This document shows, piece by piece, positions 11,412-29,188 of a stretch of DNA of 64,000 bases (position 1 is its first letter; the number at the start of each line of letters is the position of its first letter). The notes below the pieces were generated by a model. That model searched no databases. It was given only the letters and a program-made list of their open reading frames with translations, and was not told where the DNA came from. Source of the DNA: Selaginella moellendorffii (taxonomy: Eukaryota; Plantae; Lycopodiophyta); the NCBI RefSeq assembly GCF_000143415.4, contig NW_003314307.1:200922-264921 (forward strand), given 5' to 3'. The position numbers and the translations under genes are program-made.

Positions 11412-12479
11412 ATGGGAAATGGGAACGACTTTCGAAGCGACGTTTTAAAGCAGATGACAGCAGCAGCTTGCGCTGGAATGCTGGCAGACAGTCTGGTTTA
11501 CCCGTTGATGACTGTTAAATCTCGACTGATGGTGATCCCTTTGGCACAATCTCCTTCTTTTGCTATTTCCTCCTGACAACAACCCTTTCAGGTTGGGGGA
11601 TTATACAAATACAATGGCCCATTTGACGCGTTGACTACTATTGCCAGACAAGAGGGATGGAGAACTCTTTACAAAGGATATGCTTCTGTTGTACAAGTTG
11701 CTCCATCACAGGCTTTGTACATGTCCACGTACCAAACTATCAAGGCAATCGTGCCAGGTCTCTTTTCTTTGTCCTCTCTTGTGCGACATCTAAGCTGTGC
11801 TCCGCAGGGGGTCAAGAAAATCCTGTTGTGCACTTTTGTGGAGGCCTCTTTGCCACACTGGTGCAATCGCTAGTAAGCGTCCCCCTTGAGGTTGTTCGGC
11901 AGCGACAAATGGTTCATACGGCTGGACAACCAGCTTACAAGGTTCGAATGTGCTGCATCGGTTGTCGAACTTTTGGTTGTGTCAGGGTTCTTTAGATGCA
12001 GCGCGGACGATATATGCACAGGAGGGATTAGGAGCATTGTACAGGGGTTTCCTGCTGGCCCAGATGGTATGGGGTCCTTACAACGCCATCTATTTACCGC
12101 TATGGGAGAGAACAAAGATGCTTGCGGTCCGATACACGGGAGTGGAGTCGAAGGAGCAACTCGGCATGCACTGGGAGCTCTCCAGCTCCTTTCTTAGTGC
12201 GTCCGTTGCTAGTGCATGCACAAATCCAATGGTTGGCAGCTCTCCTTCCAATTCATTCTCCTCAAGGTTTGGAATTTCCCACAGGATGTGGTAAAGACTA
12301 GATTACAAGTGCAAGGCAAAAGCAAGCAGTACAAGGGCACGCTGGATGCGGCTCAAAAGATCTGGAAGAAAGAAGGAATCAAAGGTTTTACAAGTGGCAT
12401 GAGCTCAAGGATACTGTGGGTGGGAACCTCGTGTATGGTCATGTTCACAGCGTACGATCAGTTTATGAAGAGACTGTGA
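11412..12479 (+). CDS. Mitochondrial substrate carrier (SLC25/MCF) protein, multi-exon
   Basis: Three Px[D/E]xx[K/R]x[K/R]-type repeats (YPLMTVKSRL, VPLEVVRQRQ, NPMDVVKTRLQ) and EG...[LF]Y[KR]G motifs. Short GT-AG introns. Confidence 0.9.
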
Positions 12480-15400
12480 TTATATCTCGAGGGCCAAGCG
12501 TAATTGTACCAACATTATGTCGAACTTGGACCAGAGCATCGGTAGGTCGTCCTGGAAAGAAAGCAGGACTTCGGTCAGTATCCCTGCTTTCTTACGAGCT
12601 TCTTCCCAATCCGTGTCAAGGTCTACTTTAATGGCGACCTTCCACTTGTTTGCTTGAAGGTCCTGGTGTCTCTTGACCATGCGGTGGTGTATAGCAGTGG
12701 CCAAGACCTTAAAGGACTTGACGGGCCGGGCAGCGACCAGCCTCGACCTGGACACAGAAATCCACATATAACAAGCACATGACTATAAAGGAGCAAACCT
12801 GAGCGCCTCCTGCTCCTGCTGGATTGCTGTTATGGCGTTGTCAATCTCCACATGCTTGTCAGCGTGTGTTTGGAGCTGAGACTGAAGCCGAACCACCTTC
12901 TCGTCCACAGCTGACGCATCGGCGTTAACCTCCCGTATGTTTCTCTTCAATTCCATGCACGCTTTGGTGAGAAGCGCCTCTGGAGCGTCGGGCTCGTGTA
13001 CGGTTTCCTTCCTGCTGTTGCTGGCCTGCACGACATGCATGCAAGCGCGCGTGTGTGTGTAGCCATGGATTCGAGTTGCAAGACACCTGCACTTTGATGC
13101 CGATTGACTTGCGGTTGAGAACCCGCGTTTGAACTTCGGCTACTAGCTTCTCCTTCTCAATGTTGAGGGCGTTAAGCTCCCACTTCAAGCGCTCGTACTC
13201 TTTCTTCATGGCTCCAAGGATAGCAGATGGCGACATCATGGCCTGGAGAAGGGCTGCCTGCGAGGAGCAACCAAGACTTTATATGTATTCTGCCCGGCAC
13301 GAGCCTACCTGGGTTTCTTTCTCAAAGTTGATCTTTCTCTTCCATAGTATGACATGGTTTTGAAGCTCTGTGACCTCACGACTAACGTCCGATTTCTCCA
13401 AGTTGCAATCTTCCCTCAGATACTCAATCCTCAGTGCCTCTTGCTGCAGCTCCTGGATGGCTAAATCGTTGCTATTTTTGAGCAGGAGGTTCTCCTTGGT
13501 CAACATTTCCTTCATGCTGGCGTTTTTCGCTAAGAGCTCGTTGAGCCTGAGGAAAACAAGTGGAGTAGAGTAATATGAGGTCCTTGAGAGTGGCGACGAC
13601 ATACTTGGTGACAATGCCGTGCTTCATCTGGACATTCTTGTCGACATCCTTGATGTACTTTGTGAGAGTTCCTAGGTCCTTTTCCAGCCTTAACTTGCGT
13701 TGCTCCAGGGTAATGCGATCCTTGTCCAGCTTCCGGCCTTTCTGCGCCAGGGCATGGTTCTCGGTGGTGATGCTGACAAGCTCCGTTTGGATCCCCAGCC
13801 ACTGCTTTTGCAGTTCGGACGAGGCCCGTATCTTGACGGCAATCTCGTAGCGGATATTTGCAACAATGTTTTCAAAGGGGGTTGCGCTCTTGTCCACCAA
13901 GTTGGCAGTGAGTTTGTCGTACTGCTTGTTAAGCTTGTCAATCTCTTTGGTCTTGACATCGATCTCGCTGTGCCGCTGCCGGGTTTCGGCTTGCATCTTG
14001 GAGATGAGCGACATCTTTTGCTGCACCTCCTCGTCTAGCGAGGCCAGCGCATCGCTAATGGTTTGGTTATAGCTTTGCACGGTCAACGTGTCCACCCGGA
14101 TCCGTGCGAGCTCGTACTCGATCTCCGTCGCAATCATGTGCTCGTGCCTGATCTCCTGCCGGAGCTGCAGCGTTCCTTGGACGACTTGTTGGGCCGACCT
14201 CTCGAGCGTGATTTGCTCGCTGAGCCCCACCAGCATCTTCGTCTCGAGGTCATTGATTGTCTGGCACTGCTTGAGGTAAGCCTTTTCAATCACCTGCCCA
14301 AGCCATGCATGCATCAGCAATGCTCACAAGACACCTATTGTTACCTTGTAGTCTTGCTCGAGGACATCCCTTTCCTCCTTCACCTTGACCTCGTTCCTCT
14401 CCGTCTCTTCCATTGTCAGCATCATGGCTGCGTACTTTTGCAGCACGGTGTTGCGCTTAGCAGCGACTTTGGTGATCCGCTTGTTGAGATGCTTGATCTG
14501 CGAGCCATACTTCTTGAGCAGCGCCAGCTTGGTATCGCCCTTGTCACGCTCCAGCCTTATGTCCTTGCGGTACCGGTGTTTCTCTCCCTGTATGGACAGG
14601 TCTTGCTCTCTTTGCTTGCCTGCAGCATCCACCAAGGCCTGGCTAGACCAAGCAGCTAAAGCAGGCTGAATGAAGCCAGGAGCAGCAGAGCATATTTCAA
14701 CATGTTACCTGCAGGGCCTCGTCGCAGCGTCCCAACACAATCAGTGCCGACTTCCACTGGTCGGTCAGCTGTTTCTTCTCTGTATTGATACTCTCCATCT
14801 CAATTCCAAATTCCGACAGCGCCGCCACAGCCATCTTGGTCTCTCGCTGCTGAGCTGTACACACTCAAGCCACACACACACACACACACACGCACGCACA
14901 CACAAAAAAACATGTAGCGCAGGTCGGTTATAGTGTTGACATACCTTCGAACTGGGCCCTGCACAGGGCCTGCCTCTGGTAGTAGCGCCTCAACCGCTCC
15001 TGCTGGACGGCAATGTAAAAGTCTTGGTCCTTTTTGCCTTTCTCGGCTTTGGAGATGATCTCCTCCATGGCGTATGTGGCCCGCCGGCTGACGGCGATGT
15101 CGCTCTTGAGCTTGTCGTTGTAGCTGTCCACCTGCTTGAGCGTCGAGGCCAGGTTGTCCAGGTCGATGTGGCACGCCTCGAGCTTGTCTTGCATGGCGTT
15201 CATCTCGCTCCATCTGTCCTTGTATGAGACTTGAGCATCCAGCAGTTGTGCCTTGGCCTGGACAAGGATGATTCAAAGGGTGGTGCAAACTCTGATTAGC
15301 TTAAAACCTTTTCCTGCTCTTCCACCCGGGAAGCAAGCACGTCCTCGGTCTTGGTCACAGCAATGTGGATGCTGGCCAGAGTCTTCTGCAAGCCATAGAG

Positions 15401-15592
15401 CTGCACGCCCACTTCCTCTCTTCGCCTGGTGGCGCTGGCGAGGAGCACCTGTTTCTCCCGGACCCTATCGCGCAGATCCTCCTTCTTACGGGACAGCTCC
15501 GCCTTGAGGGCCTCCTGAGCCCCAACCAGCGATGGATGCTCATTCAGCTTCACCACAAGCTTGTCTTGCTCCTCCTCACTGCCCTCCGCCAT
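12480..15592 (-). CDS. CCDC40: Coiled-coil domain-containing protein 40 (FAP172-like axonemal ruler), multi-exon
   Basis: Long coiled-coil exons with CCDC40-like segments REEVGVQLYGLQKTLA, KSDIAVSRRAT, KKDQDFYI and LQKQWLGIQTELV. Confidence 0.8.
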
Positions 15593-15732
15593 CTCTTTTG
15601 CTGGCGGCAGGGGTGTGCGCAGCCGGCAAAAAGCGCGGGAGGATGATATGTATCCCCTCCTCCGTGCAAACAACAGACAAGCCCTAAAACCACGTGGCAC
15701 CACCCGTTTGGAGAGCAAGCAAACTGCCCACC

Positions 15733-16823
<1,091 letters not shown>

Positions 16824-16842
16824 CGTGACGGGGTGACTGACA

Positions 16843-16879
16843 TGAATGAAATGAATGAATGAATGAATGAATGAATGAA
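16843..16879. repeat. (TGAA)n tetranucleotide repeat between the convergent Rab23 and ALA 3' ends
   Basis: About 9 TGAA units, nearly perfect. Confidence 0.85.
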
Positions 16880-17024
16880 GGAACGAAGACATCCAGAACG
16901 GTTATACCATCTAGGAACGTCGTCTGTATGTATACTAGGCTGCGTGTGTACAGGCAGGGTCGGTCCTCGCGTCGTTGTCGTCCTAACAAAATTTGGATTG
17001 TGTTGGTGTACGCGTCTGTGAGCA

Positions 17025-20000
17025 CTATGGTGTGGTGGCGGTGGTGGTGTCCCGGATGGGAGAGAAAAGGTGGTGGCGCCCCTTGTTCTTCTTCATGTGC
17101 CGGATCCGCGCCTCCACCCGCGCACTGACCCCAATGGAGGTCCTCTCCACGGCCTTGGACCGCTCCCGCAGCCACATGCCTGGATCGGTAAAGTCCCGCT
17201 GCAGGTGGCGTATCTCCTGGATGATGTGGTGATCCATGGGCTTGAAGGTGCGCTGGAAGGCGGTGAAGAGGAAGTAAGGGAGGACGCAGGCGAGGGGTAT
17301 CAATGCGGTTGTCAGCCAGTAGACTGGGGCTGGGCCAAGGCCGTCGCGCAGCACCATGTAGGCGGTGGTGGAGAGGCGCGGATCCACAGCGCCGTAGAGC
17401 AGCAAGAAGATGTACCAGAGGCCGATGCTCCCCCAGATGACGAGGTGCTGGATCCAGGTGAAGTAGCTGATGGCCAGCGCCACCTGCGCGTTGACTGTCC
17501 ACACCACACACGTGTACATGCTGGCCCCCAGAATGGCCAGCTCCGCCACCTCCCCACCCCGCCGGAACGCCGCCACCCGGTACAGGCCTGCCGCAAAGAC
17601 GAAGGTGACAAGCGAGCTGTAGACGCCGTTGGCCATCCAGCCCAGGATCCGGGACCAGCTGAAGAACAAGTTCCTGGGGCCCTGCTGGTAAAGCGTCGGA
17701 AACTGCACAGCACAGAACACCACCAAGCCACCATCAATCCCTGTCCTTTGTTACACTCGCTCGCTCGCTCACTCACTCACCATCAGGCACACTCTGGCCG
17801 ATACGTCTTGCTCAAAAACCCCCAGCGCAATCACCGGGAGCGACGTAAAAAACACATTGAACAGGGACATATACCAATCGTTGTATGCAGTCTGACCCGA
17901 GAAGCTGGTGTACGCCTCGTAGTAAAACAGGGTGAGGCCAAACGTGATGTTCTTGTAGAAAAAGTAGCAAATCTGTAGGGATGCATCGGTCAATGAGTGA
18001 GGCGGGAGCCAGGCTTACCATCTGCGCGATACGCTTGTAACACCAATGCCCGTGTACAATGAGCAAGCGCTCCAGGAACCTGAACTGTGCGATAGAGAAG
18101 TCGCTGGCCATGACTGCCTGCAAACACCCACTGCGGTTAAGGAGCATCCAGAAATCCAGGATCACCCTACCTGCATGCCTTCGAGACCACTGATGCCAAC
18201 ACCTATATCAGCCTCTTGGATCATTCCCACGTCGTTGGCTCCATCACCAATGCTCAGAGTTGTCCGTCCCGTGCCCTCCTTCACAAGTCCCGTCACCTGT
18301 TTTGCCACGCGCATGAAATCAAGGATGAGAATCCAGCACAAGGGTGGGAGCGAGCGCGTCAGCACTGTACCAGCGCCTTCTGCTTGGGAGAAACCCGGCA
18401 ACATATAACAGAGGCACAGTTGATTGCCAGGCGTAGCAGCTTGTCTTTAAGGCCATCTTCCAATGCATACGCAAGTGCTTTACCATCAATGATCAGCGCA
18501 AACGCAGCGTCGTCGTCAGTCTCCAGATCAATCTGGCGCTGGGCATTCGCAAGCTGCTGGCTGATGCTCTCTTTGGATGCCTACAGCAGCAGTGGTTAGT
18601 GGAAAGTGGAAGTGAATCATCTGTTTTTCTTCACCTTGGCACTGGCCTCTTTGTTGCCAAACTGTTCAGTGGAGCCACTGTCCAACGTCACAAGAATCTG
18701 CTTCATCCCTTGCCGCAACAGGCTGCATGCGAAGCTGCGGGCATGCAAGAGAGTATGGTTAAAAGAGGAGTTGGGGGCGACCAACGTACCCAATGTTGAT
18801 GGCAGTCTCTAGCTTGTCGCCAGTAAGCACCCATATCTTCAAGCCAGCTTGGGCTAGCCGATCTATGCATTCAGGAACCTGGACGGATAAGCGGTGCGTG
18901 AGAAGAGGAGTGGCGCCCCCAACCAAGCTTACCCCTTTCTGCAGCTTGTCCTCCACGGCAGTGGCACCCACAAGGACCAGGTCCCTCTCTATCATGTCGC
19001 ATGCAGCATCTAAGCGCTCCTCTCGGCTTTCTCCAATGGTGGTTTTGGCCTTGAGGAAGACCGCGTTCCATTCCCTGTACTCTGCGTCGTCGAGCTTGCG
19101 GTACGCAAGGATCAAGGTGCGCAGGCCGGCCTCGGCATACTCGGAGAGATGGCTTCTTGTCGCAGCTTCGAACTGACGTCCGTTCTTGCTGAGCTTGTCG
19201 AACATGACGCTGCAATGGGAGAGGGAGGGTGGTGACTACAGAGAGAGAGAGAGGCTACACTCAAAACAGTACCTGTCTGCACCTTTGGAGAAGAGGAAGG
19301 TGTTACCTGCATCGTCCGTTACAATGACGGACATCCGCTTGCGGGTGCTGTTGAATTCCAGCAGGTTGAGCAGCTTGTATTCGCTGAAATGCCGCGCACG
19401 TAAGAAAGAAAGCAAGTCACGTCTCTTACCGGAGGGTGGTGGTACCATTGGTATCGCTGGGCTCCCGCACGAGCACGGTCGACTGCGTGCGCTTGTAAAA
19501 CTGGAAGCCAAACTCCCTTGCAGCAACAACAAACGCCAGCTCGTCCGGCGATTCCGCCTGGTAGCTCACGTCGCCCGTTTCGTGGCTCTCCTCGGGGATG
19601 ACAGTGTGGCAGACTGCCAGGATTCGGAAGAAGGTTCGAATGACGGACGAGTGCGGCTGGTGCAGCCAGTTGCCATCCATGACCCGCTCATCGGTGAAGT
19701 TGAAGCCTTTGACGAAGGGTGCAGCATGGGCCATCTCGAAGTTCCCGGGGCTGGTGCCGTGGCTGCTGCTGCTGCGGTGGTCGTGCTCCTCCGACCCTGC
19801 ATCCTCGTGCAGCTGCTGCTCCCTGCCGAGCCTCTTGGCGGTGGCCCTCTCCACTTCGGTGATCCCCCGGCCGTAGGAGACGCCGGCGATGGAGCACTTT
19901 CGAAACTCCATGACGTTGCAGGTGAGCGTGCCCGTCTTATCCGAGAGGATGGTGTCCACCTGGCCCAGCTCCTCGTTGAGGTTGGAGGTGCGAGCGTGGG

Positions 20001-21284
20001 CGGGGGTGTCGGTCACGTCGTCATACATGGCAATATCGTGGTTGATGAACATTGCCTGCAGCACCTTGACAACCTCAATGGACACGTAAAGGGAGATTGG
20101 GATGAGATAGCCATACAGGATGAGCGCCGTGATGAGGTGCAGCAGCGCCGCCAGCTGCGCGCGCTGCGGGTTGAAGTAGACGTCGGCGTCGGAGGGGCGG
20201 AGGTACCACCAGCGGGGCATGTCGGCCTGCGTCATGACCCCGAAGACGATGGAGCCGAGCAGCGAGATGAGCAGCAGGACGCTGAAGAGGAAGTAGATGA
20301 TCTTGTCCATCTTGCGCTCGATGCGGCTGCGCTTGGAGGGCGCCTCCCGGGCGTTCTGCATCACCTTGGTGTCGTGGCCGCTGGCCAGCACCACCCCGTA
20401 GACGAAGTGCGTGTTGCGGAGCTTGGAGTCGCGGAGGAGCAGCTGCTCAGGGCCCAGCGGCACCACGCTGCCGTCCAAGTCGAGGTTGCCGACGAAGGTG
20501 TAGAGGTGGGGGTTGGGCGCCTCGCAGTGCACCTGGGCGGACCAGGTGGCGAAGTCGGACTCCTCGGACAGCTCCAGCGTGCGCTCCACGCAGCGCTTCA
20601 CCTTGAGGTTGGTCTCGCCGTCGAGGTTGCTCGTCTCCACGTAGCAGATGCCGTCGGGGAAGCTGCTCGACAGCAGCAGCAGGTCCGCCGGGAAGAAGCT
20701 GTCCTGCGTCACCTTGACCACCTCTCCCACGCACACCCTCTTCCACTGCTTGTCCGCAAACACGCCGTGCCCGACGTGCACCGCCACCTTGCGCTTGTTC
20801 ACCTCCTCGTCCTACAGGGGAGAGTGAGCCACGGAAAGCCCCACGCACACACACGCACACACGCACGCACCTGCATGAAGCGGCGCCAGTCCTCGACGCC
20901 TTCCTTGAGCATGCTCACGCCCACCACGAAGACGAGGGGCGCGATGAGGCTGGAGGCGGCGAAGGGAGCCAGCGGCGTGAGGGAGAGCGCGGCGGCGAAG
21001 AGGAAGTAGAGGTTGGCCACCCGCCGGAACTGCTCGAACAATGCCTTTGGGAGGAAGGTGAGCAGCGTGTACTTGGTGGTGGACACGTAATTGGAGCGAT
21101 ACTTGTGCGGCTTCACCCGGTGCTTGTCGGGCTGGTTGCACCACACGAGCCGCCCGCCACCGCTCAAGTTGCTGCTTTGCCTCCTCCTCCGCGCCTCCTC
21201 CTCCTCCGCCACAGCCGGCCGCAGGCACGACAGCGAGTAGAGCTTGCTCCACCGCATCCGCTCGCCACCGCCGCCCGTTGCCAT
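17025..21284 (-). CDS. ALA: P4-type ATPase, phospholipid flippase (ALA4-12-like), multi-exon
   Basis: [30 protein letters not shown] phosphorylation motif, [22 protein letters not shown], and C-terminal TM helices. Confidence 0.95.
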
Positions 21285-21610
21285 ATCGGATAGATCTCCG
21301 CGAGCCAGATCCAGATCTGTGCTCTCTGCTCTCTGCGCCCTTACCTATGGCTCCTTCCTTGCCGCCTTGGAGCAGCCCGGAATTGCGGCCTGCATCGCTG
21401 TGCTCTACACACAGTCGCAAACTCTAGGTAAGAAACTCGACAGCATATACCCTTGTGCTCGGCTCGTCGCCAAACAACAACGAACATGAACGTGTTCAAT
21501 TTTACAGCATAGTAAAACCCACAACACACAGGAAATATAAAAAGAGAGACTAAATCTTCGTCGTCGTGTGTATGTTAGTCGCCTCGCTCGCCGCATTGCC
21601 GTGTCTCAAT

Positions 21611-24081
21611 TCACCTCATGATGTCTGATGGGCTTCTCATCAATCCTCCCCTGTGGGAATCGATCAACCGTGTCAGCCAGCCGCCACAAGAGAAACTTTC
21701 TTTGCCTCACCTCGATGACGCATGGGAACTATTTACACTCCCCTTTGCAATGCTAAGACGCCGTGCTCTGTTCTCCTGCTCCTTGTCTACTCTCATCGCG
21801 GCCACCTCCTTCTCCATTGCTGCTACCTCCCTACGCATCTTCTTCGCCTCTACTTCCATTGCCTTGGTCAGCGTATCCACCTTCTTGGACAGCATCTGCA
21901 TGCAAAAGTCCGACTGTCATGAGCACCTAGAGCCAAACCCACGCATATACCTCGATTGCGTCATCCTTGTCCTTGAGGCTTTGGTCTTTCTCGTGGCCCA
22001 ACTTGCGCAGTGTCACCACCTCCTTTTGCAACATATCATAGAAGAGGACGGACACGTTGTCGTCGGCTGCAGCGACTGTTGCTCCCTCCACCTTGCCGGC
22101 CTCAGGCTTTACGTCGCCGCCACCACCACCGCCGCCGCCGCCGCCGCCAGCCCCACTCGCAGCCGAGGACACCTTTCTTGGCTCCTCGCACCCGTTAGCG
22201 TAGGCTTTAAACCGGCCCGCATCCAGCGACTTGCTTCCGTCAAACGCCTTGGATCCAAACTTGCCGTTCTTGAGGATGGTGGAGCCCGACACCGAGCCCC
22301 GCATCTGCGACGCTGATGACATTGACGGCCGCCGCCTGGCCACGCCATTACCAATGTCCGACCCGCCTGTTGATTGACGACGCACACTGGCACCATTCGT
22401 CCCGCTTCGCAAAAAATCGTCGTGCTTCCGAGTGGAACCGTTGGTGGATGTTCTCAACCCCTCTTCCAGAACCTTGAGCCGGACTTGGAGCTTCTCCTGC
22501 CACATGAATCAAGCCATTGGGCACCTATCTCGGCAGCCAAAGTGTGTACGTGCCTACCTTGAGTTGGGCTTCACTCCTTGCGGTGCGTTCCGTAGTTGCT
22601 AGCTTGTCACGGAGCTGCTGCATCTCTCCCTGACAAGGACACGCACTTAGTTAGGCCGAATGGAAGAAACACACACGCACACACAACGTACGCACGCACC
22701 TGCATGAATCTCCTCTCTTCAAGCCATTGTTTCACGGGCATGACCTTGTCGTTTGCATCCTTCCATTCGTTTGCAACGACGACTGCCACTCTGTTTGCTG
22801 TTACCTTGGCACGCGCCAGTTCCCGCTCAAGCGTCCGTTTCTCTTCCTAATGGTAAAAAGACAATGTGGGGTGAGTGCGACCCAAAGGTGGCTGGCGGCA
22901 CTACCATGAGGTGATGTACTTGGCGCTCAAAGTCACGCGCAGCATTTGCTGCGGCTCCTCCCGCAAGAAGTGCTTCCTCCAGTTCTGCCACGGTAGTGCT
23001 CAGTTTCTCCACCTCCGCCACCTTCTGCCGGTGCATCTTGTCCAATATCTTGTTCTCTTCCTGCACCAAGGCACACACAAGGCTTGGCTTGGCACCATGG
23101 TACCCGAGGAGGGGCCAAAACGTACCTGGCAGATCTCAATCTGTTTGAGAAGTTCTTGATTCCGATTCTGCAAGTCATCCACGAGCGAGGCTTTGGCTTC
23201 CGCAATCTGAACTGCTCTTTCAGCCTCGAGAAGAGCAGCCTCCTTGGACTTTGTCAACCGGTCGAGGGCCTTGTTATCGTCTTGCAGCTTGAGAAACTGC
23301 AGGGAATTTTGCAAAGCGTGAGAAACCGGGTGGGGCAACAAGGAGAAGACGTACATCGTTGCGGGTGCTCTTGAGCTCTGCTTCTACGGGTGCCAAGATG
23401 GCTTCCAGGGGCAGTAAATCTTCGTCCTTTTGGGAGGCATGCAGCCGCCGTAGTGTCGCCTCTGCTGCAGCTTGGGCTGCTAGCGCCGACTTCCTCTCAT
23501 CGTTGGTCCTCTTGAGATCCAGGTTCTGCGAGGGAAAGGAAAGTGTCATGAACAAGAAAGAGCGGAAAAAGCAACGGCACCTTGTTTTCCAGAGCAATTT
23601 CCATGGCCTTGAGCTTTTCTTGCAACTTCTCACGCTCGTCAAATAGCTGCAAAAGGAAATGTTGGTGATGGTGGCGATCAATCAGCGACGAGCTACCTCT
23701 TCGACGGCCTTCTCCTTGAGCCGCTCCGTCTGGCGCAGGGCCTTGATCTCTGCGTGCGCCTCGCACAGCTCTCGATCTTTGTCTGGCACAAGACAAGCAA
23801 AAGCGGTGGCGCCGGGTTTAGAAACATGTACATTGGCGTAGATCCGAGCGCTGCTTACCTCGCACTTCATTCTCGAGCCGGTTGAGCTCCACTTTGATTG
23901 GATCTGAGCCGTGGAGCAAGTGTATGATGTCTTCCGTTTCTAAGCTGGGGCGAACGGCGGTCTTCCGCCTGGAAGATTTCCCGTCCTGCTTGCAAAACCC
24001 CATGGCCGACGCCACACTCTCCCTGCAAGATCCGTCGAAGAAGCCGTCGTCCTCGTCTAGGCTACTAATTGACTCCGCCAT
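21611..24081 (-). CDS. MAP70: Microtubule-associated protein 70, multi-exon
   Basis: LHGSDPIKVELNRLENEVRDKDREL, QEENKILDKMHRQKVAEVEKL, VVANEWKDANDKVMPVKQWLEERR, KKVDTLTKAMEVEAKKMRRE. Confidence 0.93.
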
Positions 24082-24838
24082 TGCCGCCGCGCTGTGATCC
24101 CACCGCTCTTTGTTTCGCTTGTCTCCCTTCCTTTCGCGCGTCCAGAGGCCTCCTAGCTCACCAGCTGCCGCCGCCGCTGCTCCTGCTACTGCCTCCTCCA
24201 CCTCCCAAATCCCACATTGCTTGCTCGCGCCCAGCAGCCAGCCACATTTGTCCCCCCTAGCCCGCAGGATCTACGCGCCCCTACTGTTCCCCTCTCCCAG
24301 GGCCTTGTTGCCCTACTTAAAAACACTCCTCCTTTTTTACGGCCGGATTGGATTGGATTGCTGCCTGGTTTGTTTCTTGGCCACACACTTACCTCCGCCC
24401 CCTCGATTGCTTGCTGCTCGATTGCTTGCTGCTGTGTGTGTCTAGGCAGGGGCTACGAGGCTAAGGAGAGCTCCGCAAGCACTAAAACGAAACAAAGCCA
24501 AAAGAAAAGCATAACCTGACAGCACCACCAGCAGGGCAGGCAGCCCTCACTTTAACTTAGCGCCTGCCTTAATAAACCGTGTGTGCTTTAGAGTAATCCT
24601 CCCATCTCCATCTCCAACTCGAGCGAGGTAAACAAGAAAGAGGCTCTCCCGCTCAAAACCTCAAAAAACCCAGGCCGGCCGGGCGGCCGCCCGCTCTTGC
24701 CCAATCCACACGGCACAACCTTGCGGAATATCCACGGCATATCATTGCGTATAATAACCAACCCATACCACATTTCTCTCGAAGAATATTCCTTCCACTA
24801 CGTTTCCTCTTTTACCAGGCCATGAGGGGTGAAAGCAA

Positions 24839-25570
24839 TCAGACGGGCGGGGGATACAGCTTGGCCTGCTGTCGTACCCTTCGCTTGTACTCGTCTCTAT
24901 CCTGCACGCCACACAAGAAAGAGCGCTTTTTATCAAAACCAGGGGAGCACCCTCAAAACCTGGATGAACATCTGATAGGCATCAGACTGCGCGGGATCCG
25001 CGGCATTGGGGGCATCCAGCAGCTCCTGGATTCCGATGAGGATTTGCTTCACCGTGATGGCGGGTCGCCAGCCCTGGAACGAGAGAGACGAGAGACGAGA
25101 GACGAGAGACGAGCGTGAGAGTGGCTCCCAGAGGGAATCAACTTACAGAGTCCTCGTTGAGGATGGAGAGGCACACTGTTCCCGAGGGGTAGACATTGGG
25201 GTGGAAGAAGTTTGGAGGGAACTTGCACTTGGGAGGCTTGCTGGGGTAATCTTCACTGAAGTGGATCGCCAGCGGGAAATAGCCGCCCTCCCAGTCCGTC
25301 TGCGCCAAGCACAAGCCATATTAGTAGTGCTCCAGTTCCAGGGCTTGCCTACTTACTCCGGCCTTGCCCGGTAGAGTGCAATGCCATGTCATTAGGTTGA
25401 CCGATCCATCGGGCTGGGTCTCGGGCCTGGCCACAAAACCCTAGACGCCACACAGACAGCGAGGAATTCATGAGCAGGGAAGAGGGATGCGATCTTCTTA
25501 CGTGTGGATGATTCTTGCGCCACGCCTTCCGTTCTTCCGCCAAGCGCCCCCTGGCTATGCCACCAGACAT
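24839..25570 (-). CDS. SCE1: SUMO-conjugating enzyme (UBC9), multi-exon
   Basis: [65 protein letters not shown]. Confidence 0.95.
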
Positions 25571-25650
25571 AGCTTCTCTCCACTACCTAGGGCTTTAGGG
25601 AGGAGAAACTCTACATAAAAATTAAGTAAAGGGGCTTTGAGCACGACAAT

Positions 25651-29026
<3,376 letters not shown>

Positions 29027-29188
29027 TCACCTCAAGTACACAATACCAAAACCCTAAGAGCTCCCCTCGATCGCCATTCACTCATTCGCATCCTATCATC
29101 ATCGCATTACTTAATAACCTAATTGGCGGTCCCCCGTTTCGAACCGCGGGTCGATCCTCCCCGAGCTTACTGGCGAGCTGAAGGGAGG

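Noticed and set aside
19186-21009. 607-aa plus-strand ORF
   Set aside because: Antisense shadow of GC3-rich ALA exons with no independent domain signal.
25081-25112. GAGAGAC heptamer repeat as a CRISPR-like or regulatory array
   Set aside because: A simple microsatellite forming the pyrimidine tract of an SCE1 intron; no spacers.
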